This document shows, piece after piece, positions 32,711 to 47,951 of a stretch of DNA of 64,000 bases. This DNA comes from the human T2T-CHM13v2.0 reference genome, Homo sapiens: assembly GCF_009914755.1 (NCBI RefSeq), contig NC_060925.1, one strand, 5' to 3'. Under the pieces are notes generated by a model. It searched no databases. It worked only from the letters and a program-made list of their open reading frames with translations, and was not told where the DNA came from. Within the stretch, counting starts at the first letter, position 1. Each line of letters starts with the position of its first letter. The position numbers were made by a program, and so were the translations under genes.

Positions 32711-33894
32711 CTAATGGATCCCCTCCAACTCAGAAACCAAGTGATTCTCTTAGAGGAAGAAGGGCTGGTAAGAAAATCTGAGGGCTGTTGAGTATTGGGT
32801 TTTTATTATTAAGGCTGATTTAACTTGTATCTAGGGCTTTGAGGGGGAAAAACAGAAACAGAACAATCAATGCAGGCTTCAATACTCCTGCCAAGCACTG
32901 TTAATTAAGTTAATGAGGCCAGAGGGAGAAGGGTCAGTATCCCTTTCATTTGAGCTGAATTCATTTAGCTTTAATCCCAGCCATTAGCTGGGTTGGTTCC
33001 CTTTCTTGACTTCATTGCCTGGACAGCAGAGCTGCTCACTTATGCTTGGGGAGTTATGGGCCATGGTGTCTCTGCAGCAAACACACAGCCTGCATTTCGG
33101 GGGTGCCTCTGTTCCTGGGGCACCACAGCATGCGGATGCCTCCAGCTGAGCCAGGGCTGCTCCTGTGTCAAGTTAATGCTTGATCCCTAATAGATAATTC
33201 CAGTCACAGGCTCGCTGGCAGGCCTGGGGTTCTGAGCAGGGCTTGGGCTGGCTGTGGTCAGGTGGAAGCTATAGAGGGAATGCTTCTCCTGGCAGGTGCT
33301 GGGCCCAAACCTGGAGGGCCATTGGAACAGCAAGCATGGAGGACTCACTGAGAAAAACACTAATGCATTTCCAAATGGGTGTCTGAGAGAGTTTCTCCAA
33401 ATTCACACAGGTATAAAATTCCTGGACCAATTCCAAAAGTAGGTACAGCATGTGGGTTTAGCCTTGGATAAAGGCTCGAGGGCAGTGAACAAAGTGAACT
33501 CTTCCAGGACAAATACATTCTCTAGCTGCATAATACAGCATCCCACCGGAACCATGCCCAACAAATGGGCATTGTCAAGTCCAAAACATTGCTAGGGCCA
33601 CAGTCCCTCCAGCCCAGCATTCTGCCTCTGACAACAGTTCCAATAAAACAGACGGGGAATTGCACTGCCATTAACCTCAGCACTTGCTCCCCAGGTGCAA
33701 TTCTAACTCCCTTCATAAACCACCATGACTTGAAAGCTCTGCTGGAGTGATCGCTTTTTCATTCATCACTACCTCTTCTTGCACTGTATCTGGAATTTTT
33801 GTTTGTCCTAGAGTTACTCGTCCTAGGCCTGGGCTCCCACTATATGCCCGTCTCTCCTCAACAGGAGTCCCTGCTGGAGCTCTGCAGACTCCAG

Positions 33895-34082
33895 AGCAGT
33901 GGTGCCCACAGTGCAGTCCGGGAACAAGCAGCAGCAGCAGCACCTGGGCTTAGCGAGCAATGCAAATTACTGGGCCTTACCCCAGCCCCGCTGAATCAGA
34001 AGCTCTGGGGCTGGGACCTGGCAGTGTTTTTAATGCATCTGGGTCATTCTGATGCATACCCATGTCTGAGAACCATGAGGCT
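33895..34082 (+). mobile_element. MER5A
   Basis: cagcagcagcacctggg...ctgaatcagaagctctgggg...tgagaacca. Confidence 0.75.
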
Positions 34083-34573
34083 AGAGTCTGGAGGGAGGAC
34101 AGAAATAGACGCAAATCCCTATAATACCATATGGGGGGTTACCCTCGCCTGTATGCTCCTCCCCACACAGCTGGGAGCTCCCTCCCTTCCCTCATCCTCC
34201 CAGTCTTTTGTAGGTACTATTACTGGGTACCATTACTGTAGGTACCATTTTACGGATGAGGAAACTGAAGCCCGGAGATGTTAAGTAACTTAAGGCCACG
34301 CAGCTGTCTACTGCATGTTAGCCTCTAAGCCTAGCATCTCTGGGCATGGCTGCATGTGTTGTTCAGGACCGGACCACGGTCCTGCTCCAGCCCATCTCTC
34401 AGTCATCATCTGCTGATCTGTGGTCACTTCCCCTCAATCACAAAGGGCCTTGGCCCTGGGTCCCAGTGGCAGGTTAGCCTCTCAGCCTCTCCTCCCCTTC
34501 TACCTTCGTCGTCATCTGGAGGTCCACCTTACCCCCAGAGTCGTTTATTCCTGACAATGGAACAATGTGGGAG

Positions 34574-34994
34574 TGAGGCAGTAGAATAGGGTCTGGAGGC
34601 AGGGAACCTAAGTCTGTTTCACACCGACTTCCCAGAACTAAATTGAAAGGAAAATCCTAACTTTCCATGCATAAGTAACAAAAGGACCAGACGCTACTCC
34701 CTTTGTCCTTTTCTGTGTGGCAGATGGGAAATTGGCTGTCCGCAACCAATCAGACTGACTGCAGGTGAGTCTTCATTTGCAACTTTGTAAGTTCACTCCA
34801 GCCTCTGAATGACTGCTGTCCACAACCCATCAGACTGATGGCCTGTCGAGTCTTCATTTGCATAGGAATATAACTGTAGCTTCTTCCTAGCCTCCGATTG
34901 GTTGCTTTTTGCTTTGCTGGGTATTTTGTCCAATTCTTTGTTCAAAACGCCAAGAACCTGGACAACTTGCAGTCAAGACCCTCTGCCAGTGACA
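34574..34994 (+). mobile_element. MER51-like ERV1 solo LTR
   Basis: TGAGGCAG...AATAGGGTCTGGAGGCAGGGAACCTAAG start, CCAATCAGACTGA repeats, CA end; 4-bp TSD GGAG. Confidence 0.8.
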
Positions 34995-35498
34995 GGAGGG
35001 CCTTCTCTCCGACCTTCCTCACAACCGCCCTCTCCAGCTGTTGCGCGCGCTCACTTCTCTGCACCATTCCCTGAAGGCCTTGAAAGTGCCCTTGAACTGT
35101 CCTTGCCTTTCATGGTGTCAGCCTCTTCATGCCTCCCCACCATTCCAGGCACTCCGGGCTTTCTCTTCAAACCCTCTTTCGACACCTCCAAGTGCTGAGC
35201 CTCCTTGCTTTTCTAGCCCATCTGCCAGCCTCCTGCACGTCTACACCTGACGGCTGGGCTCCTGTCGCAGAAACCATGCGCCAGGCACATTGGGGCCCAC
35301 ATAAATGTGCAGTGTCCGATACGCCATGTGGTCAGCACGACTTCTCCACGTCTCCTCTTTCTCTTCTTCCTGCAGAGTGAGCCCACCGGTTCACCACGTT
35401 GCTCTTGCCCCTAGCCCACCAGGCCCTGGCCCTCAGCAGCGGACCTGCCGCGGTTTCTGGACTAGGAAGGCCCTGCTCCCGACCGACCCGGAGCGCGC

Positions 35499-35517
35499 TG
35501 CTGCCCTCTACCGGTCA
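35499..35517 (-). promoter_or_regulatory. Candidate CTCF site in a CpG-rich intronic patch (~35220-35800)
   Basis: Minus strand TGACCGGTAGAGGGCAGC. Confidence 0.55.
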
Positions 35518-37290
35518 TCCGTGCGGCCGGACACCGTGTCGGGCCCGCGAGGAGGGCTCTGCCGCAGTCCCGGGGAACAGCACCCAGCAGCGCCACTGGG
35601 AGAGGAAACTGGGGTCAGGGAGGTGTGACTGGGCCCCAGGCAGTCACACTCAGGCCAACAAGGTCAGGGAGGGAGGGCAGCTCACTCGTGCAAACGTGAG
35701 TGCAAAATGCACTCCACGGCCAGGAACAGGCAGTCCGTTCATGCGGGCAAAATGGAAAGCGAGCTCCTACCCAGGTTTCTCCTCAGAGCCATCACACGCC
35801 TGAGCAGCAACAGTCATTAGCATCAGGGATTAACACATCGGGCTAAACGTCTGACAACTAACTACTGTTCTCTAAAGAGGACTCAGAGAATCAGCACACG
35901 AGGTTTCTGTGCACTGCAGAACGGTTGATTTATTTACTGATGCCCGGTGGTCTCATTAGGGTCTGTTTGCCTCTCTAGGTCTTTATGATTCCATAATACA
36001 AAGCACGTCTATTAAGTGTAGCCTAAATTTCCCTTTTATGTGCACTTTTATGTGCAGTCTTTATTCCATTAGCAATGGGTGGGGGCTGGGGCGTACCCTG
36101 AGAGACTATCAAATGCCCTGCCAAATTCCTAGAGTTGCTAGAAAAGGGTAACCCTGTCAGGATGGAAACAAGCTGAGTTCTCTGTGACTGGCCATTCAGA
36201 AACACAAGCTGACATACAGGGATCCCCGCACCGTTCCACAGAGCTGCAGACCACCTACTAAACCTCTTCTAGAAATTTGTCCACAGTTGTTGTCAAGCTC
36301 GCTGGTTTGTGGTTTAAAAGCCCACCTGTGTCCCTTTTTGTGAATCAGAATTTTGTTCCAGAGGCCAGGTATTGTTTGGTTCTCTTTGACTCACTGTGTT
36401 GCCAGCACCTAGAATGTATTATGTTGGCAAATATCTGCTGAATGAATGAATTTGCTCACATCCTGCCTGGTGCCTCCCTCCCTCTTCGTGGCCCTGCAGA
36501 AAAGGCTGCCAGGTGCAGAGGGCTCCTCTGCCAGTTCTCTGGGTTCCTTGGATGGGCCGGTCTGAGAAGGACTTGGGCAGATTCAGAACAGCCCCACGTC
36601 ACTTGCTTGCTTCTTTCTCTCCTACCTGGGCCATCACTTCTCTCCTGCCAGGGAGTGGTTATCTGCTAGTATTATACCATTGCACCATCTGCTTCTGAGA
36701 GTGAGCTTGTTGCTTCCTTCTTCCTTATCTGAACAGAGCTTGAAAAATCATTTTGCATCTTTGTAGCATTTCCCCCAAATTCAGAGCATTTAGGGCTATA
36801 GCCATTCTGAGACCTTTCTCACTGGTCAGACACTGCCTGATATTCATCTTTGCTCATGGATCCTTATTTCTGTCTTTAGTGTATATATCCTTAAAATCTA
36901 ACCAGGAGGGTGAGGTCATTCTGGTTTCCTTAATTCCCAGCTGGAAGAAGCTTTAAGCAGGGCATCAATGCTGTTGGTGGCCAGTTCTGTGAATTTCACG
37001 TCAGGATGCCTCCAGCATCCATTCCCCTTCTTCCAATTCTGCAGCCACTGCTTGGCTGCAAGGCTCCACTGCCTCCCCTCTAGATATGGGAGACACCACC
37101 TTGCTAGTCTCCCATAGTAAGCCTGACCCTGACACACACACCCCTCACTTACTATCTGAGGGGGCTTCCTAGGGCATGACTCTGATTAGAAGTCTTCACT
37201 GACTCCTCATGCTCATATCACTCAAACTCTTCAGGATGACCTCAGGGTCCCCACCACAGACTCTAAGTGAATTCTGGAATGGTTGACTAG

Positions 37291-37991
<701 letters not shown>

Positions 37992-38066
37992 TAGATTGTA
38001 AGTCTTGAGGGGCAGGCACTCAGTTTCATTCATGCAGGATCCCCCTGTAGTACCTGGCACAACTTA

Positions 38067-38474
<408 letters not shown>

Positions 38475-38503
38475 TATGACACATTTTTACCAGAAGCACT
38501 TAC

Positions 38504-38668
38504 CTCGTTGTCCTAGCAGAAGGGACTTCTAGTATGTTCTTATTCTAGGGGCAGAGGGTCCCTGGTTGTTTAAAGACTTCAGTTCCTGAGACTATAGGAA
38601 TCTCATCACAGTGATGGTAGTCAGTATTTTATTTTTTGGTGAATCAGGAGAAAGGACTTTTTGTTTTC
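38504..38668 (-). other. TLR5: TLR5 5' UTR exon 5 (165 nt)
   Basis: Acceptor ttcccttag|GAAAAC and donor CAACGAG|gtaagt; matches my recollection of the TLR5 mRNA leader. Confidence 0.9.
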
Positions 38669-39389
38669 CTAAGGGAAAATAGGAAAGCTAATTAAGAAGA
38701 AGAAACAAAAAATATTATGTAGATATTTTTCTATGCCATACAGCAGTTTTCTTGTGGAAGAATTGCAAACTTTCTGTGTATCTCTACTAAATAGAATTTT
38801 AATTGGAAAAGATCAAGACCATTTTGTAAATCAAGGCGGACAGAACACCAAGGTTGAAGTTGGGACCTTGAGAAATCTCTGGCCCAGCCTCTTGTTCAGA
38901 AGGTGGGTGTCTAAGCCATTCAGTTCCTCTGGGACCTAAAAATCTCTTTCATGACATTTCTGGGGTCATTTGGTTTCCAAAGACTCAAGCACAAGGATGA
39001 GGACAATTCCACTGTCCCTATTGTCCAGTGAGCAGAGAACCTCCAGACAAAATGGTCTTGCGGCTCTCTAGGGACAGATAGAACTAAGGTCACCATGAGA
39101 GTGAGACATTTCTAAGCAGTACATCTAGGTAAATTATGGCTGTGTTAGAAGACAGTGCACAGTTATTGGATTTCGGGTTTCGGGTGAACAATGTCCTGAA
39201 AGTTGAAGAGTTGGCTTATAGTGCTTTTCATTATTTGATAGATGATTAACTCAGAGAGGTTAAGCACTTGTCTAAGATCTCACATTTATTACACTGTGGA
39301 GCTCGGATTTGAATCCCGCTGCAAACTTAGTTGTCACTGTGACCTTTGAACAAAACAAAATTGAATATGCTGCAAAACATCCACAGAGC

Positions 39390-39556
39390 CTCAAAGCGAG
39401 CTCGGAACCTGAAACGGCCCGCCTGAGACCTCCTTGAAACGGTGATTCTGATTCATCAGGGCTGTGGCTGAAGGACCTGAGAGTCTGCATTTCTAACGGG
39501 CTCCCACGTGATGCTGCTGCTGGTCCACTGACCACACTGTTAGCGGTGAGAACCTA
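39390..39556 (-). mobile_element. MER5A-like
   Basis: gattctgattcatcagggctg...tctgcatttctaac...gatgctgctgctggtcc. Confidence 0.7.
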
Positions 39557-39829
39557 AGAGTCTGTAATTGCCTCCCTGCTCATTACCCCCATGCCCACGT
39601 GAGCTGCCTCGTTCTTCCAGGATAAGGCATGGCTAAGATGCTGCACGATTGGTTTTGAGAAGGGGCTATACTAATACATTCACTTCCCCTTCCTCCCCAT
39701 TTTTCTCAGCGCTGAAGAGTGAAGCATCAGAGAGTACCTCAAAGAAGATTCATGTGAGGCTTTGAGGAGGAGGGGATGGATGGGTCATATCGCTTTACTA
39801 GGAGCTAAGGAAACGGGACAGCTTGGGTG

Positions 39830-40010
39830 CGACTTCTGATTTCAGGAGATGCGCTTTCCCTAGAGACCAGCAGAGGGCGCAAAAGGGGCAGGGACCGAGG
39901 GGGAGGAGCCCGCGGAGCCGCGGCCGGAGAGTCGAGCGGGGCGCGGGGAGCTGCAAGCGTCCCTGAGCTGAGCTCCGCTGGGAAGTTCCTATCGCTTGCG
40001 CAGTAGAGTG
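39830..40010. promoter_or_regulatory. Intronic mini CpG island with CTCF motif (+, 39864-39882)
   Basis: GACCAGCAGAGGGCGC, dense CpG at 39870-40000, and GGGAAGTTCC at 39980. Confidence 0.6.
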
Positions 40011-40710
40011 CATTTAGACATTTCAATGACAACTAAATTTGTAGCTGGATTCAAATCCTAGCTCCACAGTTTAGTAGGTGTGTGAGCTTGGGCGAGTGCT
40101 GAACCTCTCTAAGCATCAGTTTACTGCCTATAAAATCACAGCAATAAGTTTCTACCTCCCACCCCCGCCGCCCCTACCCCGGCAGCAACAGCCTGCTTCC
40201 GGCTTCCAGGGATCCTCCAGTGCCCAAACCAGAATATCCAGTTACCCATGCTTAATACTCCAACAGTTCTTGCTTGCTGAAGTAGGCAGCCATCATTTAC
40301 GCAACTACACCTTACCAGAAACGCCTTCCCTTTAGAACACTGAAGGGGAAAGTTAGAGAGGGAAAGGAAATTTCTCAAGGCACTGGGGTGATTTTGTGTT
40401 TCTTTAGCATGAGTTACCGGAAAGCTTCCTGTGTTTTCTTTACTATCTTTAGGTGGTGGTTCCCAGCATCAAAAAACAGCAAAAACAGCAGCAAGCAAAG
40501 GCGCTGATACTCTGAAAAGTTATGTTGAAAACACATGGTTTAGGTACAGAATGGCTTCCCCGTTGTTTGCACATTATAACTCTTTAGCACACAATTTTAA
40601 AGCATCTGATTGAAAGAAATAATTTTTAGTGATTATTAAAAACGAACAACTAGCACAACATTTAAAATCGTCGGGAAAAGGTGGCTCGCCCAGAAAGTGA
40701 ACATCCCTAC

Positions 40711-40893
40711 CTGTCTCCAGGTTCGGACAGCGCCAACATTCTCAATTAGAAAATTAACATCTGAGGCTCCGACATCTTCCCTGGATGCTAAATCCTGTGT
40801 ATTGATGGGCAAAGTCAATTGCCAGGAAAGCTGGGCAACTATAAGGTCAGGGGGCTGGAGCAGATGAGAGTAGGGAAGTCCAGTATAGCATCC
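40711..40893 (-). other. TLR5: TLR5 5' UTR exon 4 (183 nt)
   Basis: Acceptor tactttcag|GGATGC and donor GAGACAG|gtaggg; matches the recalled leader. Confidence 0.88.
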
Positions 40894-42863
40894 CTGAAAG
40901 TAATGACACAGACAATCTGCTAAGCGCTGCAAAAATCATTTGGAGTGTGATGTAAATTGGAAACAGCTGGGGTGGGGGTGGTGACCGGCAACTAGGAACC
41001 CTATTAACCTGATCAGTTAGATACGAAATGGGAATGTGAAGAGAGAGTATCAAACACTTGAGAACTGTTCTGAGAGGGATGTGTAGTCTGTGCTGGGCTA
41101 GCAAAGGAATCAAGAGAAAGCTTCCCAGGCAGATAAAATCCAATGCACCCTGCAGCTGCTGGAGACACCCCCTGATGCAAGGTAAGCCCTGAAGAGGTTG
41201 AGAAGGAAAGGTGGGGGGCACTCAGGCCAGGATGAGGATGCCCTGAGAGGAAGATGATTTCACTGGTGTTGCCTGAGGGACTGTAAGCAGGGACAGGTGA
41301 GGCTGGGGAGCGCACCCCTGCTGGAAGCACAGGTCCCCACCCTGTGCCCAGTGTCCTGGGACCCGAAGGAGGTTTACTGCATGTGGAATCTGCCTGGGCA
41401 GGCTGCCCAGGGTGGCTATGCTCCATTCTGAGTCAGGGCAGGGAGTCAGCTAGTTGATTTGGCTCCAACTTGCTAGTGGTGGTTACTTTCGAGATACATG
41501 AGACCATGGCAAAAATGCTGGGCTGGGAGAGGATAAATATCGGTTCTAGTCCTCCTTCAGCCACAGTCTGGGTATCCTAGACAACTCTAACTTTCATTGT
41601 CCTCAGTTTCTGCATATGTATAACGGTGAGTTTGAAATGGAAGCATTTTTACATCCTTGTTAACTCTGAAGTTATCTAAGGAAACTTGCTGAGTATCATC
41701 ATGACAGCAATCATAGACCAGGGCCAATCCTCCCTGAAGCAGAACATTCCTTCTTCATTCTGGCAAATTTGCAAGGCTGTTACACCGGATCTTGAAGATA
41801 CATAGTGGAAAATGATGTTATTAATGTACCGATGAAAAAAATGGAACCACATATATCCTAGCTTTAAATAGCAACTTTTTCCCCCCTCAAGAAATTACCG
41901 TCAGAGGAGCTTATGTCTGCGGCTAGATATTTTGAGATTTGACTTTTTTTTCCCCCTCTCCTTGTATTTCTGCTTTCCTAGGCTCACCTCCACCTCTGTA
42001 GCCAGCTCCCTAGTCATTGGTCCAGGGCAGGTATATGTCAGAACCCTACCAGGAATAGCCTGCAAGTTCTTCTGGCTTTGATTTTCCAAACAGGGCCTTA
42101 GGTTGGGGACACAAAGTCTTTGCCAAGTTGGGGGAAGAGGGGTGGGGTGTGCTGATGGGTAAAGCAGAGAGACATGCTTCTAGAAACAGGAAGACAGGAA
42201 GGGAAAAGGGGTCTGTCAGCACCAGGAAGACAGGACTCTGGCAGGACCCCAGTGAGTTAGCTATGTGGTCTGGAAGCAGTGAGGACTTGCTAGGCAAGAC
42301 AGGCACAAGAGTGCCTTCAGTGGTAACCCGAGTGGACCAGATGGGGGAGCAGGAGATACCTGCACCCGAGCCCCTGGGATCTTGGCAATGCATAAGAGAT
42401 CTGAAATTGTGACACAGTGACACAACCTGGGGTGATTTCTATGGTTGCTGGCCAGATGAGATGAAGGCTCTAAACTAATATTAATATCTAGAAAATAGAG
42501 GAGAGGCAGTATTTCTTGCACATCTGTGCATGCTAGAGATTCACACTCACTACCCTTTTGGTTCACAGGTTGGGAAATAAAAGAAAAGGTAGTCTTGAAG
42601 CTATCTGAACCCAGTTATATCTCTGACCAAGATGAGGAGGAATCTCAGACCCCAGAAACTCAGGACTAAAAGTGACTTCTGATTTTGCCTTTATCATGGT
42701 CTTCTGAGTTCAAATCCAGACAGTTTCCCTGACTATAAAATGGGATGGTTATGAAGAGTAAATGAGATGGGACATATAGCTTATATTTTTTGGTCCCTTG
42801 CAATACTTTGCATGTGGCAGATTGCTTGTTGACTATCAAATTATTTATTGACTGTTTTTTAAA

Positions 42864-43155
<292 letters not shown>

Positions 43156-43206
43156 TGACTATTAAAGCTAGTCCAACCCACAGTGAACCTGGGTCCAGAG
43201 AGATAC

Positions 43207-43292
43207 CTGGTTTGGTGACTGTGGAGAAGCCACGTTGTCAGTAGCATCAGGAGTATGAATCTTGTAGTAGTGTCAGGAACATGAACATCAAT
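43207..43292 (-). other. TLR5: TLR5 5' UTR exon 3 (86 nt)
   Basis: Acceptor ttttaccatag|ATTGATG and donor AAACCAG|gtatct; matches the recalled leader. Confidence 0.85.
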
Positions 43293-43976
43293 CTATGGTA
43301 AAATACAAACTTACTTATCTTGAATTTAGCATAGTGGTTTAAGTACATGGACCCTGAAGACAAATATGCTAAGCTTGAATACTGGTTCACCACTTACCCC
43401 TCAAAGGTACTCACAATAGTCTGTAGCTCAGAGTAACTGCTATCTATGCATTTGCTATTATTGCTGCTTTTACTGTGTTATTAATTTGTGCACAGTAAAA
43501 GAGAAAATGCCTGACTAGCACTATTAGGAAGGAAAGTTGTTTGGAAGCATTTGAGGGAGTCTCATTACAGGCCAGTGAAGTGAGAACCAATGATTTCTGT
43601 GTTGCAACACCCTGTCACTGGATTTAGCAATACCATGACTTTGGCAATTCCCCAGAAGGAAAGTTCTATGGGGCACTTGCAGAGGACAGGAAAGGAGGAG
43701 AGGAAGGTTTAAATGAAATATAACCAAGTGAACAATATGAATATTTATCCATATTCCTTTAGCATAAATGAGCTCCTTCCCTAGTGTGGTCAAAGGGAGG
43801 CAGATCTCTCTTACCATAAAACAAACAGAAAGTCTTCTCTTGAGCAGACCCCTCCTTCCTTCTTTCTTTTATGGCCAAATTCCTCAGACAAAAAGTCTAA
43901 AAACCCCACCCAATGTTTCCATTGCCCAGTAACTCAGTAACTAGCCTCTCTTTAACCTCCTCAGGTCTGGCTTTTT

Positions 43977-43979
<3 letters not shown>

Positions 43980-44013
<34 letters not shown>

Positions 44014-44292
44014 AGACCAGGTCTCACTGTATCACCCAGACTGGAGTGAAGTGGTGCGATCAGAGCTCACTGCAGCCTTGAACTCCGGGGTTCAAGTGAT
44101 CATCCCACCTCAGCTTCTGGAGTAGCTGGGGCTATAGGCATGTGCCACCATGCCCAGATAATTTTTGTGTGTGGGGGTGGGGGTGGAGGGGTCTCACTAT
44201 GTTGCCCAGACTGGTCTTGAACTATTGGTTTCAAACAATCCTCCTACCTTGGCCTCCCAAGGTATTACAGGCATGAACTACTGTACCCAGCC
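43980..44292 (-). mobile_element. Alu (J-type) with ~33-nt poly-T
   Basis: Reverse dimer. Confidence 0.92.
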
Positions 44293-44838
44293 TCTTTCTT
44301 TTATGAATCTCCTTGTGGGTTTTGTTTTGTTTTGTTTTGTTTTGTTTAGCATTGGGCAGCTTTGGCCACCTATTTCTTCTTGAAATATCTCTTCCTTTGG
44401 CTTCCTTAGTTTTTTCCCTATCTTTCTATCATTCTATTTTCCAACAGATACTTTTCTTTTTCCCACCCCCATGGCTTCCAGGTTTCCCCAAGACCTTGTT
44501 CTCTGCTTCAGGCTTCTTCCATCAGTGACCACATTTGCCTTCACAAGTTAAACTGTCGCCACTATGCTCCCAAAATCTTTCTCTAGGCCTGACCTCACTT
44601 GTACTTAAAGTGTGTGTTTCAGTTGACTCTAGATCATTTCCTTTTTAACATCAGACTCAATATGTCTCAAAGTGACTTGATATTTTGAATTTTGAAAATC
44701 CTCCAGGAAACAAAAAAATTTTTGCGTAGTACTCAGAGACATATAAGTGGACTTCTCCCCAGGCCAGGGAATCCTACAGCTGCAGCACACCATCTCCACC
44801 TGCCTCATAGGTTTGAAAAAACCTTGTCCCTTACTCTT

Positions 44839-45201
44839 TGATATGGTTTGGCTGTGTCCCCACCCAAATCTCATCTTGAATTGTAGCTCCCATAATCCCC
44901 ACGTGTTGAGGGAGGAACCCAGTGGGAGGTAACTGAATCCTGGGGGCAGGTCTTCTGCGTGCTGTTCTTGTGATAAGGAATAAGTCTCACGAGATTTAAT
45001 GGTTTTATAAATGGGAGTTCCCCTGCACATGCTCTCTTGGCTGCCGCCATGTAAGATGTGACTTTGCTCCCCCTTGCCTTCCACAATGATTGTGAGGCCT
45101 CCCCAACCATGTGGAACTGTGAGTCAATTAAACTTCTTTCCTTTATAAATTACTCAGACTCAGGTATATCTTTATTAGCAGTGTGATAACAGACTAATAC
45201 A
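44839..45201 (+). mobile_element. THE1-type solo LTR
   Basis: TGATATGGTTTGGCTGTGTCCCC...CTAATACA; near-perfect TSD ctctt/ctctc. Confidence 0.92.
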
Positions 45202-46182
45202 CTCTCTTTATATAACTCATCACCAAATTCTAGTTTTCCCCTTCCAGATGTCTCTAGATTTGTCCTTCGTTTGATATTTTTATCACTCTGGTTCAGCCTA
45301 CCATCCAATGCTTATTGGACACCATCTCCTAGGAACAATGTTAGCTGATGGGGGATACATCAAGGATTAACTCAATCACTGCCTTCAGGGAGCCATCCCA
45401 GCAGGGAGATGGCCAAGTAACCAGCAGCCATAAGAGGGTGTGATAAATGCTGTTAGAGGCTGTGCAGGGTGCTATGGAGCACAGAGGAGAATTTGAAAAC
45501 CCAGCCTGAGGGGCCTCTGCACATAGGGGATTCAGATCTGGAGTATTAATGATCAGGAATTAGCTAGGGAGAGCAGTAGGCATTCCTGGCCAAGGCTGCC
45601 AAACAGCATGGACAAAGGAGAAGAGAGAGCCTAGGCCTGGGGAGCTACCTGGGGCTGCAGTGGCTCAGAAGGTAGATTTGTGGGCTCAAGGTGGGAGCTG
45701 GTGGAAGATGAGGCTAAAGAGGATATGCTGGGGGCAGATCAAGAAGACTCTAGAATTCTATAGTGAAGGCAATAGGGGGTGCTCTGAGTTTTGAGCACCA
45801 CCACTGCATTACACTCAGACTCCTCAAGGCCTCTAGGAATTGGCTCCATCTAATTTATCCAATCTGAGACTCCTTGTAACACATAACCTGTGCCTTCTAC
45901 TCCAAGTTGGTGGGGCACTTCACTGTTACCTATAAGGGCTTGAATTTCAATCAAGAATCATTTATCAAACGCCTCTTATGTGCCAGACACCAAATTCGGC
46001 TCAGGGGAGCCCTATGTAAGTGAGACACAGCTCTGCTTCAGTGAGTGAGTCAAAGATCCCTTAACTCCTATGGACAATACGGAGCTTCAACAGAGGTCTA
46101 TGCAAGGACCAATGGAGAACAAAGGAGAAACCCTCCAACTCTGCTCAAACACTCGGGTAGGGGCCTGCCAGGGAAGTCTTCA

Positions 46183-46605
<423 letters not shown>

Positions 46606-47527
46606 TTAGAATGCTATAAGAAGGGCATCATGACTGGGTGAGGAAGAGAGTGGCAGGACCCACAGCCAGAATTCCCGGAAGGCAGGAATTTGAATTGGCT
46701 CTGGGCAGCAAGTGCCTTTCATTATTCTGAGCTTCATATATCCTCATGCTTCCTTTCCTAGGCCTGGCCAAGCCCTTGATGGTCATTCTTAAGTCAAGCT
46801 GAACACCAGCTGGCTCTGTGAAGCTCTCTCTTCCTTTCCCAGTCAGTCTGCACTAGCTGTCTTCTTTGAGCTAGCAGATGCTGCCACATACTTTCGCACT
46901 TAATTGCGCTCTAATTGTTTCACAGGTGCTGGTTTTGTCTTCCTACTTAGACCTAGGAGCTTTTGGACAGCAGGGACTATGCCTCAAACTTGGGTTTGTC
47001 CCAGAGAGCGGAAGACACTATACGCTGTTGCTCTCACATTAAGGGACCAAGGCTGGGAATCACTTAAGCTTCAGAAATCTGATTGAAGCTTTGGATCTGC
47101 CTTCTGCATTCTTTTCCACAATGTTAAGAGTGAAACAAACACATCTGGATGCAGTAACTGGACATTCCAGTGCTGTCTGCTGTTTAAGTCTGTTAGTATA
47201 CAGAGACAAATAAACAGGAGAGTTTTGCTTTCAACACTCAGCAGAGCCAAACTTCCTGATGCACGGGAATGAACAACGGAGGCACTGTTCTGGAAACACC
47301 GTCCTCCAGAGAGGCGCTCCCTCCTCAGAAACAACACCGAAAACCTGGCATGGCTGGTTTTGCATTCAGACAATGGCACCTACATGCTTTTTGCTTTGCT
47401 CAGAGCTGTAAATATCCAAAGAGGTGATCCTCTGCCATCATTTTGGAAGGAAGAATCAGTCAGACTGATAATTAGGGTCATACGCACAGGCATGGTCATG
47501 CTGATTGTTGAAATTTAGATTATTTTT

Positions 47528-47817
47528 GGCCCAGCACAGTGGCTCACACCTGTAATGCCAGCACTGTGGGAGGCCAAGACAGGCGGATCACCTGAGGTCA
47601 GGAGTTTGAGATCAGCCCGACCAACATGGTGAAACCCCATTTCTACTAAAAATACAAAAATTAGACAGGCGTAGTGGTGGGTACCTGTAATCCCAGCTAC
47701 TTGGGAGGCTGAGGCAAGAGAATCGCTTGAACCCTGGAGGCAGTGGTTGCAGTCAGCCGAGATTGTGTCACTGCAGTCCAGCCTGGGCGGCAGAGTGAGA
47801 CTGTCTCAAAAAAAAAA
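47528..47817 (+). mobile_element. Alu (S-type) hosting TLR5 exon 2
   Basis: Full dimer. Confidence 0.95.
47685..47800 (-). other. TLR5: TLR5 5' UTR exon 2 (116 nt), exonised antisense Alu right arm
   Basis: Acceptor tttttgagacag|TCTCAC and donor GATTACAG|gtaccc sit at the typical antisense-Alu exonisation positions; matches the recalled leader. Confidence 0.8.
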
Positions 47818-47820
47818 TTA

Positions 47821-47821
47821 C

Positions 47822-47892
<71 letters not shown>
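47821..47892. repeat. Compound (TA)n(GA)n microsatellite
   Basis: Directly visible. Confidence 0.97.
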
Positions 47893-47951
47893 TTATTTTT
47901 GTACTGCTTAGTAATTAGCTTTAGCACGGTCTCTCCTCTGGGACCTCCCCT

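Noticed and set aside
38628-38633. AATAAA inside exon 5 as a premature poly(A) site
   Set aside because: No clear GU-rich downstream element, and a strong donor lies ~125 nt downstream (U1 protection expected); not supportable without 3'-end data.
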